Shown in pieces: positions 1 to 11,867 of a stretch of DNA of 64,000 nt (position 1 is its first letter; each line of letters begins with the position of its first letter). A model generated the notes under the pieces. That model saw only the letters and a program-made list of their open reading frames with translations. It made no database searches and had not been told where the DNA came from. The stretch comes from Octopus vulgaris. Lineage: Eukaryota. The position numbers and the translations under genes were made by a program. The DNA lies in assembly GCA_951406725.2 (NCBI GenBank), contig OX597821.1, positions 16,120,001 through 16,184,000 on the forward strand. Direction: 5' to 3'.

Positions 1-428
1 CTACCTGTTCTATCAAATTATAGTAGTGCTGATATTTTAGTACAGTATTAGTTTAAAGCATATTTATCGAGAGTAGAAAACACAAAGTTGTCATGTAGTC
101 GGAGGCCATCCCTAAAATAATGGGATTTAGGATCAAAGGAATCCCAGCTGTAACCATCATATGGTTTGGTTTCTTCATTTTTTTTTCTTTCTATATCAAG
201 CACTGCATTATCTATTATAAAATGTTTTGTTTTATAAGGCAGCACAATATGGAATTTATATATGGAAGGTTGTGCAACAACACAAAATCTTAGTCGTTTT
301 CGCGTAGGAAGATGTAATGCTTTTTTTGCTGGAATCATCATAAAGAAAATATTGCTAGAGTATGAAGTAAAACTACGGACAGTTAAATACACGGTGCAAC
401 ATTTCTATGAAATATTTTAGAAGTAAAA

Positions 429-824
429 GGCGGCGAGCTGGCAGAAACGTTAGCACGCCGGGTAAATGCGTAGCCGTATTTCATCTGCCGCTACGTTCTG
501 AGTTCAAATTCTGCCGAGGTCGACTTTTCCCTTCATCCATTCGGGGTCGATAAATTAAGTACCAATTACGTACTGGGGGCGATATAATCGACTTAATCCG
601 TTTGTCTGTCCTTGCTTGTCCTCTCTGTGTTTATCTCCTTATGGGTAGTAAAGAAATAGGTATTTCGTCTGCCGCTATGTTCTGAGTTCAAATTCCGCCG
701 AGGTCGACATTGCCTTTCATCCTTTCGGGGTCGATATATTAAGTACCGGTTGCGTACTGGGGTCGATGTAATCCAGTAGCCCCCCTCCCTCAAAATTCCA
801 TGTCTTGTGCGTAGAGTAGAAACG
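429..824 (+). mobile_element. tRNA-derived SINE family A, dimeric copy with TSD
   Basis: Head GGCGGCGAGCTGGCAGAAACGTTAGC with B-box GAGTTCAAATTC, and body GTCGACTTTGCCTTTCATCCTTTCGGGGTCGATAAATTAAGTACC present twice. Flanked by direct repeat AATATTTTAGAAGT at 411-424 and 825-838. Confidence 0.9.
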
Positions 825-978
825 AATATTTTAGAAGTGAAAAGCGAGAATTTTTTCATCTTTTCTATAATGATTTGCGAAGTTTATCTCAGTAATTTAG
901 TCCTATCATACAGGAAAAGGGAATTTCAAATATGATTAACCATTATTCAGAATCATTTGTTATAATGATAAAAATAAA

Positions 979-1014
<36 letters not shown>

Positions 1015-1029
1015 GGCACTGATATAGAT

Positions 1030-1170
1030 GTGTGGTAGGAACATGGCTCTGTGTTCAGTCCTACCATGTGGCATCTTGGGCAGGCATCGTCTATTATGGC
1101 CTCACGCCGATTGAAGCCTTGTGCGTGGATTTCAAATGCGAAAAGTGAAAGAAGACCGTAGTATATATAC
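1030..1170 (+). mobile_element. SINE family B (CORE-like), degenerate fragment
   Basis: GTTCAGTCC...GTGGCATCTTGGGCAGG...GCCTTGTGCGTGGATTT matches the copies at 14477 and 16181. Confidence 0.7.
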
Positions 1171-1911
1171 ATTTAAATATCTATGCATGAGTCATATTGT
1201 ATTGTTGAATTTTTTACGTGCCCGCAAATTTGCGGTTCGGCAATGGAGACTGTAGAATATGGTTTAAGAAGTATGTATTGGAGTGAATTCGTTTATGTAA
1301 ACCTTCCAACATGTTGCACCATTATGGCAGTCGACTCACTGAAACAGATGAAAGATATACTCATTCTGATAGTTATCCGGCTTTGTCAAATGGTAAGTGT
1401 AAAATTTGAGCAATGAATATAGCATCCTCAAGTGACGCCTCTTGTCATTTAAAATGTAAAATGTAAATTATGAAATTTGAAGTACTATTTTGTTTTCAAA
1501 CACTGACTGAAATAAACTTTTACATAGGTACATTTTGGCTCCCTATTCACTTATGTATAATTTTAATGTGTGTTTGCTCAAGCGTTTCTTCACATATGCG
1601 TGCATCATTTCAGTTTTCTGTTTTGAACATGAATTCCCATAGAAACATATCCATGTGTTTATGGCCTAAATTATGCACAATACCAACAAATTTAGTGCTA
1701 TTAGATTTAGCATATTTAATCAGGCACCCCCATTGCATTTGATAAATATTAATCACTATGAAGCACCGATGAAAAGGAAAATAGAATATAGCTGGTAATT
1801 TGTTATCGGATTTCATATCTAACTGAATGGTCATTTGTGAAATAAAGCGATAGTATCACGCGATATTTTGCTCATATTATAAGTTAATAATCAGTACACC
1901 ATTTTTACGTA

Positions 1912-2072
1912 CACACAAGGGCCGAAATATTGGGGGAGGTTTAAGTCAATTCCGTCGACCTCAGTGATCAAATAGTTCTTATCTCATCGACCATAGAAGT
2001 ATGAAAGGCCAGGTCGACCTCGAAATTTCGTAAAGGTGGAAGAAATATCATTAAGCATTTTATCCAGCGTGC
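1912..2072 (-). mobile_element. SINE family A, degenerate
   Basis: ATGAAAGGCCAGGTCGACCTCG and ACAAGGGCCGAAAT match the reverse complement of the family A body and tail. Confidence 0.65.
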
Positions 2073-3607
2073 CACCCTGTGAACTCTCCACCCTAATTAC
2101 AGTCAAATAATATAATCTCATTCATAGTTAGAACATGCACGAATAAAGGCTAAATATATAGGGGAATATAATCAGAATATGTGTATTAATTCCTTTCACA
2201 AACATTTGTTTTTTTTTTCAAGAAAAACAGTACCATGGTTTCTACGACGAGCATAATGCAGTTCGATCAATTGAAAGTCTAATTCTTTACATTAACTTAG
2301 AGTGTAGATGGCTGAGTATTCCTCTGATAGATATACGCTCAACTTAATTCTTATGTTGAACACAATTAGACTTTAGATACAAACTGTCCATTCGACGTGT
2401 TTTATCCAGATCGTGTCTACCCGGCTTCACTCTCACGATATAGACCGGCCTTAGGTGTGCTAATGCATTCTAATAATATCCTAAGCCAAAAATGTTGGTA
2501 TTAATAGCCAGTATTATAAAATATAAGGGAGCGGAGTATGAAAGTTCAACATCATATATATAAATAATAAATTGTGGTCGCGGAACACGTAAAATATAGT
2601 AGCCACATTTTCATTGTCCTAGTCTGTGAAAGCTCATGATTAGGTGGCATTTATGTGTAACAAGATACTATGATAAATCGCTGATGATCAAAATACTTTA
2701 CGTCGTATGTCTGTTCGATCACATTTGATCTAACCTTAAAACAACTTTTGCAATAATAAAGAAGTGTCCAATTCAGTAGCATAGCTCTTTCATATGCACT
2801 CCTCAGTAGTCTATAAATCTGCCCCGAACAACGAAAAGGATCATAAATAAAAGACCAATACCACTCACAAAGAAAAACTCCCTATCTGAAAAGCAATGCT
2901 ATCTAGTCTTTAGATACGTTGTGACTGTATTATGCTGAGATTTGCCAGGAGAGTATAGTTATTATCAGCATCATGATACTAGTGGTGATTATACAAAACA
3001 GTTGCACATTTGATATTACACGGAAAAATGCGAGCGAAACAAATACTATTCTTAAGGTTATAAACTTGGAAAAGTTCAGAAGTTATGGAAAGACAAATTT
3101 ATAAAGTCACCAACAGGTAATAGTTAAAGTAAGCATAAATATTTGATCAACGAAACGATAGTTTAGAGTAGGTAGGAAGAATTTATCTAAGATTATATTA
3201 TACATAGTATCTGACAAATAGCTGATATTCTGCAGTGGGCACTTTGAATATGTGAGATTATTTTTATTTAATAATTCCGTCTCGACAGAAATTTATTAAC
3301 CATTACATTTTTCAATTTCCTTTACCTCCGAGACAAATAGCAAGCCAGTCTCTGAATCGACTACGCAAAAGGCACAAGGTTATAAGAGGTAGTAGTAAGC
3401 TGGATGATAGAAATGAAGTCTATCAAAGAAATAATTCACTGCGCTATTTGAACTCAGAACGCAAAGGGCTGGAACACACAAACACCAATATATATTATTC
3501 TGCGTATACAAGTAAAAAGAAAGTATTGAATGTGCTAAAATATTTCAAGTTGACAAACCTAAGACATCAGTGGAACGGTATTTGCAGCATTTCAATATTT
3601 CTACAAA

Positions 3608-4205
3608 GGCGGCGAGCTGGCAGAAACGTTAGCACACCGGGCGAAATGCTTAGCGGTATTTCGCCTGCTGTTACGTTCTGAGTTCAAATTCCTCCGAGGT
3701 CGACTTTGCCTTTCATCCTTTCGGGGTCGATATATAAAGTACCAGTTACGCACTGGGTCGATGCAATCGACTTAATCCCATTGCCTGTCCTTGTTTGTCC
3801 CCTCTATGTTTAGCCCATTGTGAGCAATAAGGAAATAAGAAACGTTAGCACGCCGGGCGAAATGTTTAGCGGCATCTCGTCTGTTTTTACGTTCTTAGTT
3901 CAAATTCCGCCGAGGTCGACTTTGAATTCCATCCTTTCAGCTTCGATTAAATAAGTACTAGTTACGCACTGATGTCGATAGAATCGACTTAATCCCCTTG
4001 TCTGTCCTTGTTTATCCCCTCTATATTTAGCCCCCTGTGGGCAATAAAGAAATAAGAAATGTTAGCACGCCAGGCAAAATGCTTAGCGGTGTTTTGTTCG
4101 TCTTTACGTTCTAATAAATTAAGTACCAGTTGCGTACTGGAGTCGATCTAATCGACTGGCCTCGTCCCCCAAAATTTCGGGCCTTGTGATTAGAGTAGAA
4201 AAGAG
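3608..4205 (+). mobile_element. SINE family A, trimeric copy with TSD
   Basis: Three head/body modules starting near 3608, 3838 and 4055. TSD TATTTCTACA at 3596-3605 and 4206-4215. Confidence 0.9.
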
Positions 4206-5339
4206 TATTTCTACACGTTTCCAAGGAGTTGAGTAATACGGTTTTGTTTTGTTGCTTTGATTTCTACAGGAGAGAAAATTTAACAATAGCTCCTTATAAA
4301 AGAGAAAGCAAAAAAAAAAAAAAATTAAAAACAATCCAGATATTGGGAAAAAATTGACACTGCGACATACAAAGGGCCTTTTTAATGAGCAACACAGGGC
4401 AGTGTCTCGTGGCTATTATTAACACGGAAGGTTACGTTTCAAATTCATGCTTAACTTGCTATAAATCGGTTATCGTGGAATATTATGACACAACAGGAAA
4501 TTAATAAATCATTGCGACAGAGGCGGTATTAGTCAGAAGCACTAAAGATTTATAGGTAAACCAATACGAAAACAGACATAAAGTTCCAACAGAATAGCAA
4601 AAATAAAGAATAAAGACGTAGGTTATTTTTCTCTGACTAATACTTTAATATGAATCTTTTGAATATTAATTCAAAAATTTCCGTTGTCAGAAACAAATGT
4701 TGGAGCTTGACAACATACACACGCACACACACATGTGAATGTTAGAATTTTTGTGTAGCTATGTCTACTTTCTCCTCGGTGTATTTTATTCTATGTAAGT
4801 ATCGTCTGCCTCTTCGTTGCTACTAGGGTCCTGAATCTCAGTGTGTTATTTCTCTTTCCTCTCTCTGATCTTCATTGAAAGTTTCACTAATTCGATCGAC
4901 CCTCACTTCCTTCTTTGTCTATCGTTCTTTGTCTTTTTTCCACGTTTATCTTCACTTTTTCACCATTTTCGTTTTGTCATTTGTCATTTATTTCCTTGCT
5001 CTATTTTTTGGTTTTTATCATTCTGTCTAGACACCAATAGAAAAGTAAATGTTTCAGGGAAAAAAATGATTGATGTGAAGACGCCTCAGCTTGTGCATTC
5101 AACAGCTACTTCTTTACCATAACAGCCGAGCAGAATTTCTATAAGCGGGAAGGTAAATTTAGTAGATGCGGGTTCAAATAAATTTTATGATCAGTTTATA
5201 TGCACCTTTGCTCCCAGGAAGTTGCCTCCAGAATGTGTTTACAGGAATAAAGCAAGAGAAAACGAGAACTTGTCAAATACACACATTTTCATCTGTTTTA
5301 TGAATAAGATTCAGGTAAAACAAACTGGATTCACATTTT

Positions 5340-5510
5340 GGTACAAGGCGAGCATATTCGAGAGCGGGAGTAAGTCTACAATATCAACATCAGAGCTTAA
5401 CTAGTACTTATTTTATCGACTTCGAAAAGATGAAAGGAAAAGTGGACATCGGTGGAATTTGAACTCAAAACGTAAGGGTAGATGAAATGCCGCTAAGCAT
5501 TTTACTCGTA
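5340..5510 (-). mobile_element. SINE family A, degenerate
   Basis: GATGAAAGGAAAAGTGGACATCGGTGGAATTTGAACTCA...GCCGCTAAGCATTT. Confidence 0.75.
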
Positions 5511-7460
5511 GTATGAAAGTGAAACAAATTGATTTCGTCATAACTGTGGCACGCCAACAAAGAAAGTCAAGGAAACCATAAATCCACACAGAACTTAATA
5601 CGAATTAAATATAACTTTACAATAAAGTTTTCATTTACTATAATTTATCACACCGGAGGAAAATGTAACTTTGAATGTAAAAAACGTACCACAATGGTTT
5701 TAGATAAAGTTTCAGGTATTTCAACACATAAAATATATTTCATTTATAGAAGTTAAACTGCTTTTTCCACGTAAAGTGACTGTAAAGAGATCGAAGTAGA
5801 CCATCAAATCCAAAGAAGTCATTTCATTTTCAGGACAAGAAGTTAACTAAAAACATTCTTTTTTAATTTATTTTAATCATTAATGGTATAATAAAATGTA
5901 TATTGGTAAAACCTTGATTAATTCATTGCATACTGAATTGATAATGGTTCCATATTATATCAATAGTAAAAGATCTTAACAAATTTGGAGGATTTTATGA
6001 ATTTGAAGACACTCATTTGCAAACGTATCCATGCCCATGTCCGAAAGCGAGAGTAGTATTTCCTATTACTTGAGCGCTGTATCATGAATAAAGCAAGGAT
6101 TTAAGCTTGGGTATTAAACTGAAAGTGCTCGTAAACCAGGGCAGTTGTATTGATACTACAAAGATTTTTCGAGTTCGTTGATGTAACATTTATGTGCATT
6201 TAATTGGTTGAGGTGCAGTACATATCTATCCTGGTTAGACTATTTCTGTGCTGTATTTTTCAGTTTTACTCAGGAATTCAGTATTAAACCTTCTTAAACA
6301 ATATTCTAGGTGAGGAAATCAAAAACGTTTTCTTGTACATGATAGTAGAACTGCTTAGAAATACTATACGGCTATTTTTTGTGTATCATACAAACTTAGA
6401 ATGACATTTTAGAATTTAAGTGAATAAGTTATTTTATGTACTTAGTACTAGAAAAAAGGTTTAACTACATCAAGATGCATTCATCTCACTAACCACCAAT
6501 GGTGAACGGTATATACATGCAATGCATGCATTTCGTTCCTTTCTTTTGTATTCCCCATTCCTTCATTTCTTAGTATTAATTGTAAACAAGGAACAATATT
6601 TAAAAAGTATAAATATAAATCCTGTTTGCTTAGCGAGAAAAACGAAACAGCAATGAATTAGTTTCCACTTGGCTTGAATCAGGAAGCATGAAAGAGAGAA
6701 ACAAAAGAAAGACGGGCAGAGGAAAGCAGATTTTTTTCTTGCTTCCTTTCAATCATACTTTAGAAAAGGAGTGGTGGTATTTATATATATATAGCTTTTT
6801 TTCTTTGTGTATCCTATTATTCCCTTCGAGAAGGGAGATGAAGATGATAGACATAAGAAAACACTGGGCGCTCACATAAAGAGAGTGGCAGAAAATAACA
6901 GAAATTTTACTGTTTACCTGCCATCTGCAGCCAGGAGACACGGTATCAACGTATCTTCTTCTGAAGCACTGATATTTTTTATTGTTTCGTGCGGAAAATA
7001 TCAAAGAATTGCCTACTCAAAGGATTTAAAGCTTTCCTCATAGCTGGACAGGTTAAAACAACAAAAGATTGTTTAGTCAATTTTCGTGCTTGTTGTATTG
7101 CTGATTCATGTTTATTTCGAACGATTTTTCGATAGAGATTATGCATTTTATACTTTATACTTTAGTTGCTTCACTCTTGCTGCAATGCTAGGGCTAGGCT
7201 TTGAAGAATTTTTGGTGGAATGAATCGAACCCCGGTAATTCTTTATTTTTTTATTCTGGTAGATATTCTGGTGGTCTCATCTCATGCCCAGCCGCTAGGT
7301 TGCGTATCAGTAGTCAGGCAAATCCCAGGTAGACGCATTGATCAACTACATCAAATCGTTTACCATACACATAGATATTTGGTACACTATACTGCTTACC
7401 AGGGGCAGGATAAAGCATGACAACAGCTTTCTTGAGATTGACTGTCAATCCTGAGGCAGA

Positions 7461-7521
<61 letters not shown>

Positions 7522-7823
7522 TGTGTGTGTGTGTGTGTGTGTGTGGTGAATAAATTGCCGTCTGCTGTTTTCAGTTCAACTCAGGTGTTAGGAGTCACGT
7601 TGCTCCCTCACTCAACTGCGCCCCTTGCATAATAATGAAAAAGTGGTTTGGTGAGTTTGGTGACCAGATGTTAGGGGGTGATGCGGCTGCAGAAATTGTC
7701 TAACAGTCCTGAGTCGGGTCTCTTGGTTGTGTGGCATGGTACTCAAGATTGCACTTATTGAACTTTTTAAAATTTTCACAGGATAATCAAAATATTATTT
7801 ATGATATTGAAACTGAGCGTTCA

Positions 7824-8930
7824 CCACTTCACCTCGTTATGGTTTAACAGCCTCTACCGTTTGTTTTAACTGTCCTGTATTTGTTACCCACTTTGACCCT
7901 TCGCAAATCCCAATTTTTATCTAATTTGCGTTTGCGGAGCGACTCCTTTGATGTAGACGCATCTTGTCCTGACGCTCGAAATGCGGAGTAGATAAAACAG
8001 TGGACAGCTGATGAAGACATTGTTCTTTATGTTGCCTATCTAGGTTTTCTATTTGCTTCTTTCGTTTTTCGGAAAAAAAGTTCGTTTTTACATTTCATGC
8101 TGTTTACGTTTTTGACGTCCTGTACCCATATATCCATGTGTATATACATTTACGTGTAAGTATGTATCTATGTATATATGCTTATATATATATTATTTAT
8201 ATTATTATATGATAGAACATCACGCATCCATTTCCAAGTATTATTTTGACAATTCTGAAACCACACTATTCTATCACTAACTCTATTTCTCTCTCTCTCT
8301 TCCTCTTTCAATATTCTTATTTTCTCTCCCACCTTTCTATAATTCTTCTCCTCTCAGCCTTCACTAATTCTTCTCCACCCCCTCCACTGGTCTCTATCTG
8401 TCCCTCTCACTCCTCTTTGACTCCCTCGTTGCTCACACGTGACCAGCGGCCATCTTTTTCTAACTCGAATATCTTTCTTCTCGTTCAACTACAAGAGATA
8501 GCACGCATTTTCGTCTGTCACAATTCAAAGCTTGTTTCTCCAGCGTTCCCCACTTCACCTCATTGTGGCTTAACAGCCCTTGCCGTTTGTTTTAACTGCC
8601 CTGTTTTTGTTACCAAATTTGACCCTCCGCAAATCCCAAACTTTATTTAACTTTCTTTGCGGAAGCAACTGTTTTTATGAAGACGCATCTTGTCTCAACG
8701 CTCGAAATGCGGAGTAGATAAAACTTTGAACTACTCATGAAGGGATTTTTCTTTATGTTGCCTGTTTTGATTTTCTATTTGCTTCTTCCGTTGTTCGCAA
8801 AAAAGATCGTTTTCCATGTTTTTAAATTTCATGTTCTCGTTTGGCATGTTGTTTACGCTTTTCGAATTCCTGTACCTAAATATGCATGCGTATATACATG
8901 TATTTGTAAGTATGTATATGTATGTATACA
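7824..8930 (+). mobile_element. Partial tandem direct repeat (~350 bp, ~726 bp period), Penelope-like pseudo-LTR structure
   Basis: CCACTTCACCTC...TTTGACCC...GCAAATCCCAA...GACGCATCTTGTC...CGCTCGAAATGCGGAGTAGATAAAAC occurs at ~7824-8180 and ~8550-8930. Contains a degenerate hammerhead-like motif. The Penelope call is inference. Confidence 0.55.
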
Positions 8931-8954
8931 TATATGCATACATATATATTATCT

Positions 8955-9024
<70 letters not shown>

Positions 9025-9143
9025 CATGCTGAACACTTACGGAGACGCGCACATATATTATTTATGTACAGAAAGAGGGAAACGGATGAGAGAAAATGAG
9101 GACACATAGACAGACAACGAGACAGACAGACAGACAGATAGAT

Positions 9144-9190
<47 letters not shown>

Positions 9191-9195
9191 GAATA
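8955..9195. repeat. (TA)n, (GA)n, (GACA)n and (GATA)n microsatellite cluster
   Basis: Directly visible. Confidence 0.95.
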
Positions 9196-11118
9196 GATGT
9201 GAGGTGAAATTTTTAATTTGAATAAATGACCATGTCTCTAAAATTGGTTTGGCCTCTGGACCAGCTAGTAGAACCAATTAGTTTTCAAATATTAATGTCA
9301 TAAAAATAATAAAAGTATGATTTTAAGTGCTTAAGCCATTGAAACTTTTAAATATAGAATAAATATATGACACGTAATTTTGATGATTTTACTGTAAATA
9401 TGAGGAATGGACATAAATATTTCCATTAAAGTATAGATAAATTACACATATTATATATCGAATATTATGCGATATAGAAAATAATTAGTATAAGATTATA
9501 TTTTTAAAAAGGATGCTAACGGTAGAGGTATTTACAGTTATTTATATTAAAATTGCTTTACATAAAATTATTTAACAAAATATTATATTGAGAAAATGTA
9601 TGGTACGAATAGTTGTTTCCATGTTAAATGAAATATTGTTCGGTGAAAATTCATTCGCTGAAACGTTTGTTCGCTAAAACATATCATACTCCATCATTTT
9701 ATTCGACGACGCATCTTTTTATAAATGTTTTTTCCGGTCGGCAAATGTGCTACGATTTCGTTCGATAGAAAATTATCTGATAGCTATATTCCTTCCTATA
9801 AGCTGTTCGCTGGAAATGTATTTCGATAGTCATGCTATATGTACAAATATGCTTTATATAGATACGTATAAATACCTGGATATAATTTGTGCAATTGCTT
9901 TTACTCACAATTATCAATCTCCTGAAGATTAACAAACCTTAACCGAAAATACTCCATATCATATTTACAAAATATTTTAGAGCAGACTGTTTTGGAACCT
10001 TCTGCACTCTAAGCTGTAACGCAGAGACTGATAAACTGAAAAACAAAAGGGAAATTATAAAACGTTTCATTATTTATTCTCAGCGTAAAAATTCAATTTG
10101 ATGATTGCGAAAGGAAAAGAGCTTTTTGGTTCTCAGTCTTAACTATTTGAATGTAAACCAATTTCTCATAAAACAGTTACTACAACGCCAGATGTTATTC
10201 TGATTAATAATAAATCAGGAGCGTTTTCTAAATCTATGGAATAATATGCTGAAAAAGTGTTAGGTTCTAGAGTTTAATGTTTATCATTCTAACGTAAGAC
10301 ACACGAAATGTACTTCTATTCTTCCATGTACTTCTGGGTAACTTTCCCAAATATTTTTAGCATCTGTGTGATTATTCTTCCACGAGACACTTTATAAAGT
10401 GTACGAAATAAAGAAAAGAGATACAATAAAGATTCTTAATGAATCTTAGTAAATCAAGTTATGAGAAATGCAAAAAGTATTTGTAAGATAAACAGAAGCA
10501 CGTTAAGAATCTAAAGGTGAAAGTTGTTTTGACGAGTGTAACAAACGCTTTCCAATATTTTATATTTTGTTTCAACGGAAAGTGTTTTCTTTTTGTGTGA
10601 ATTAGAATTGGGTGTTCCAGAATAGAAACTGGTAAAATCTATCCGCTCATTAAGCTAATTAGCAACGTAAATCAACTAAAATAGCTTAACACCAAATCAA
10701 TGATTAAAAAAATTTGTCCCATTGATTATTTTTGTTTTCCAAAACAGTTAAATAAACTGTCGTAGGCTTTACTTTTTACCATGTGAATAATTCTTATAAC
10801 AGTGAATTTACTCTCACTCATAGAATTGAAACTTTATGACTGACTGCGCCACTGGTTAATAGATTTCACTACACAAACTAAACTATCATTTATCTGCCAC
10901 CTAAACTTTAAAAGTATGACTAAAATAGAATCAAAATAGAATCAAAATACTAAAGAAAATGTCATTCCTAAAAAATGAATTTTCAGAATAATAGAAAATG
11001 AAACTAGAGTTCAGCGAAGGTTTTCGTGAATGGCATCTGAAAAAAAATCAAACACGCTAAGCAAACTTGAAATAATTTAAAATATATTTGAATGAGTGAG
11101 TAATTAGCTGAATGTTTT

Positions 11119-11162
11119 ATTTATATTGTATTTATATTGTATTTATATTGTATTTATATTGT
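11119..11162. repeat. 11-bp minisatellite (ATTTATATTGT) x4
   Basis: Directly visible. Confidence 0.9.
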
Positions 11163-11429
11163 AAAAACTTTAAATACATATATCCCTTCAGCAATACAAA
11201 TGAGTGTCGATTGATGCATACGAGAAACGTTGGAATATTACAATAGCTTTAGTTATCAAGAAACCACAAAGGACATATACTCTATAAAATCTTTGACATG
11301 ACATAAAGTAAAAATTTGTTTAGAAATTGATTTATATGTGTTTATAATGCTTATCTGAATTGGAAATTTTCACTTTGCATATAGATTTCTTTTCATAGTG
11401 TGTCGGTAATTCATCATCTGCCAACCGTA

Positions 11430-11580
11430 TTTTATCCCTCACACCCAAACACCGCATTACACTTACTCTTCTTGGCATTAAAATCCGACCACCTGGAATT
11501 CCCACATTTCATATACTTTTTTCCTGCTGCCCTAAATTCATAAACAGTACAAGAGAAATTTTAATCAGATCAATCTTTTG
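11430..11580 (+). mobile_element. Very old CR1-like LINE 3' relic
   Basis: ACCTGGAATTCCCAC...TTTCCTGCTGCC...TACAAGAGAAATTTTAATCAGATCAATCTT resembles the CR1 ORF2 C-terminus (WNSLP..FP....FK..IN.I.L). Confidence 0.4.
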
Positions 11581-11805
11581 GAGAATTTTGCGAAGACAAA
11601 GATCAAAAATTTTTCTCTGGATCAACAAGGAAAAAAAGATGAAGCTATTTTAATATAAGTAAAGTTGAATGATAATAATAATAATATAATAATAATAATA
11701 TTCTTTACGCATAACATGCATGCTTATACATGCCTGTATGTATTTATATATGTATATATACATATATATAAATATATATATATATACATACACACACAGA
11801 CACAA

Positions 11806-11867
<62 letters not shown>

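Noticed and set aside
48-392. 114-aa minus-strand ORF
   Set aside because: No recognisable domain and a non-ATG start. I cannot support it, though an exon at the window edge is not excluded.
1311-1398. Possible first coding exon MLHHYGSRLTETDERYTHSDSYPALSN|GTAAGT
   Set aside because: Only a good donor site supports it. Joined in phase to the 13411 candidate exon it hits a stop, and I recognise no homology.
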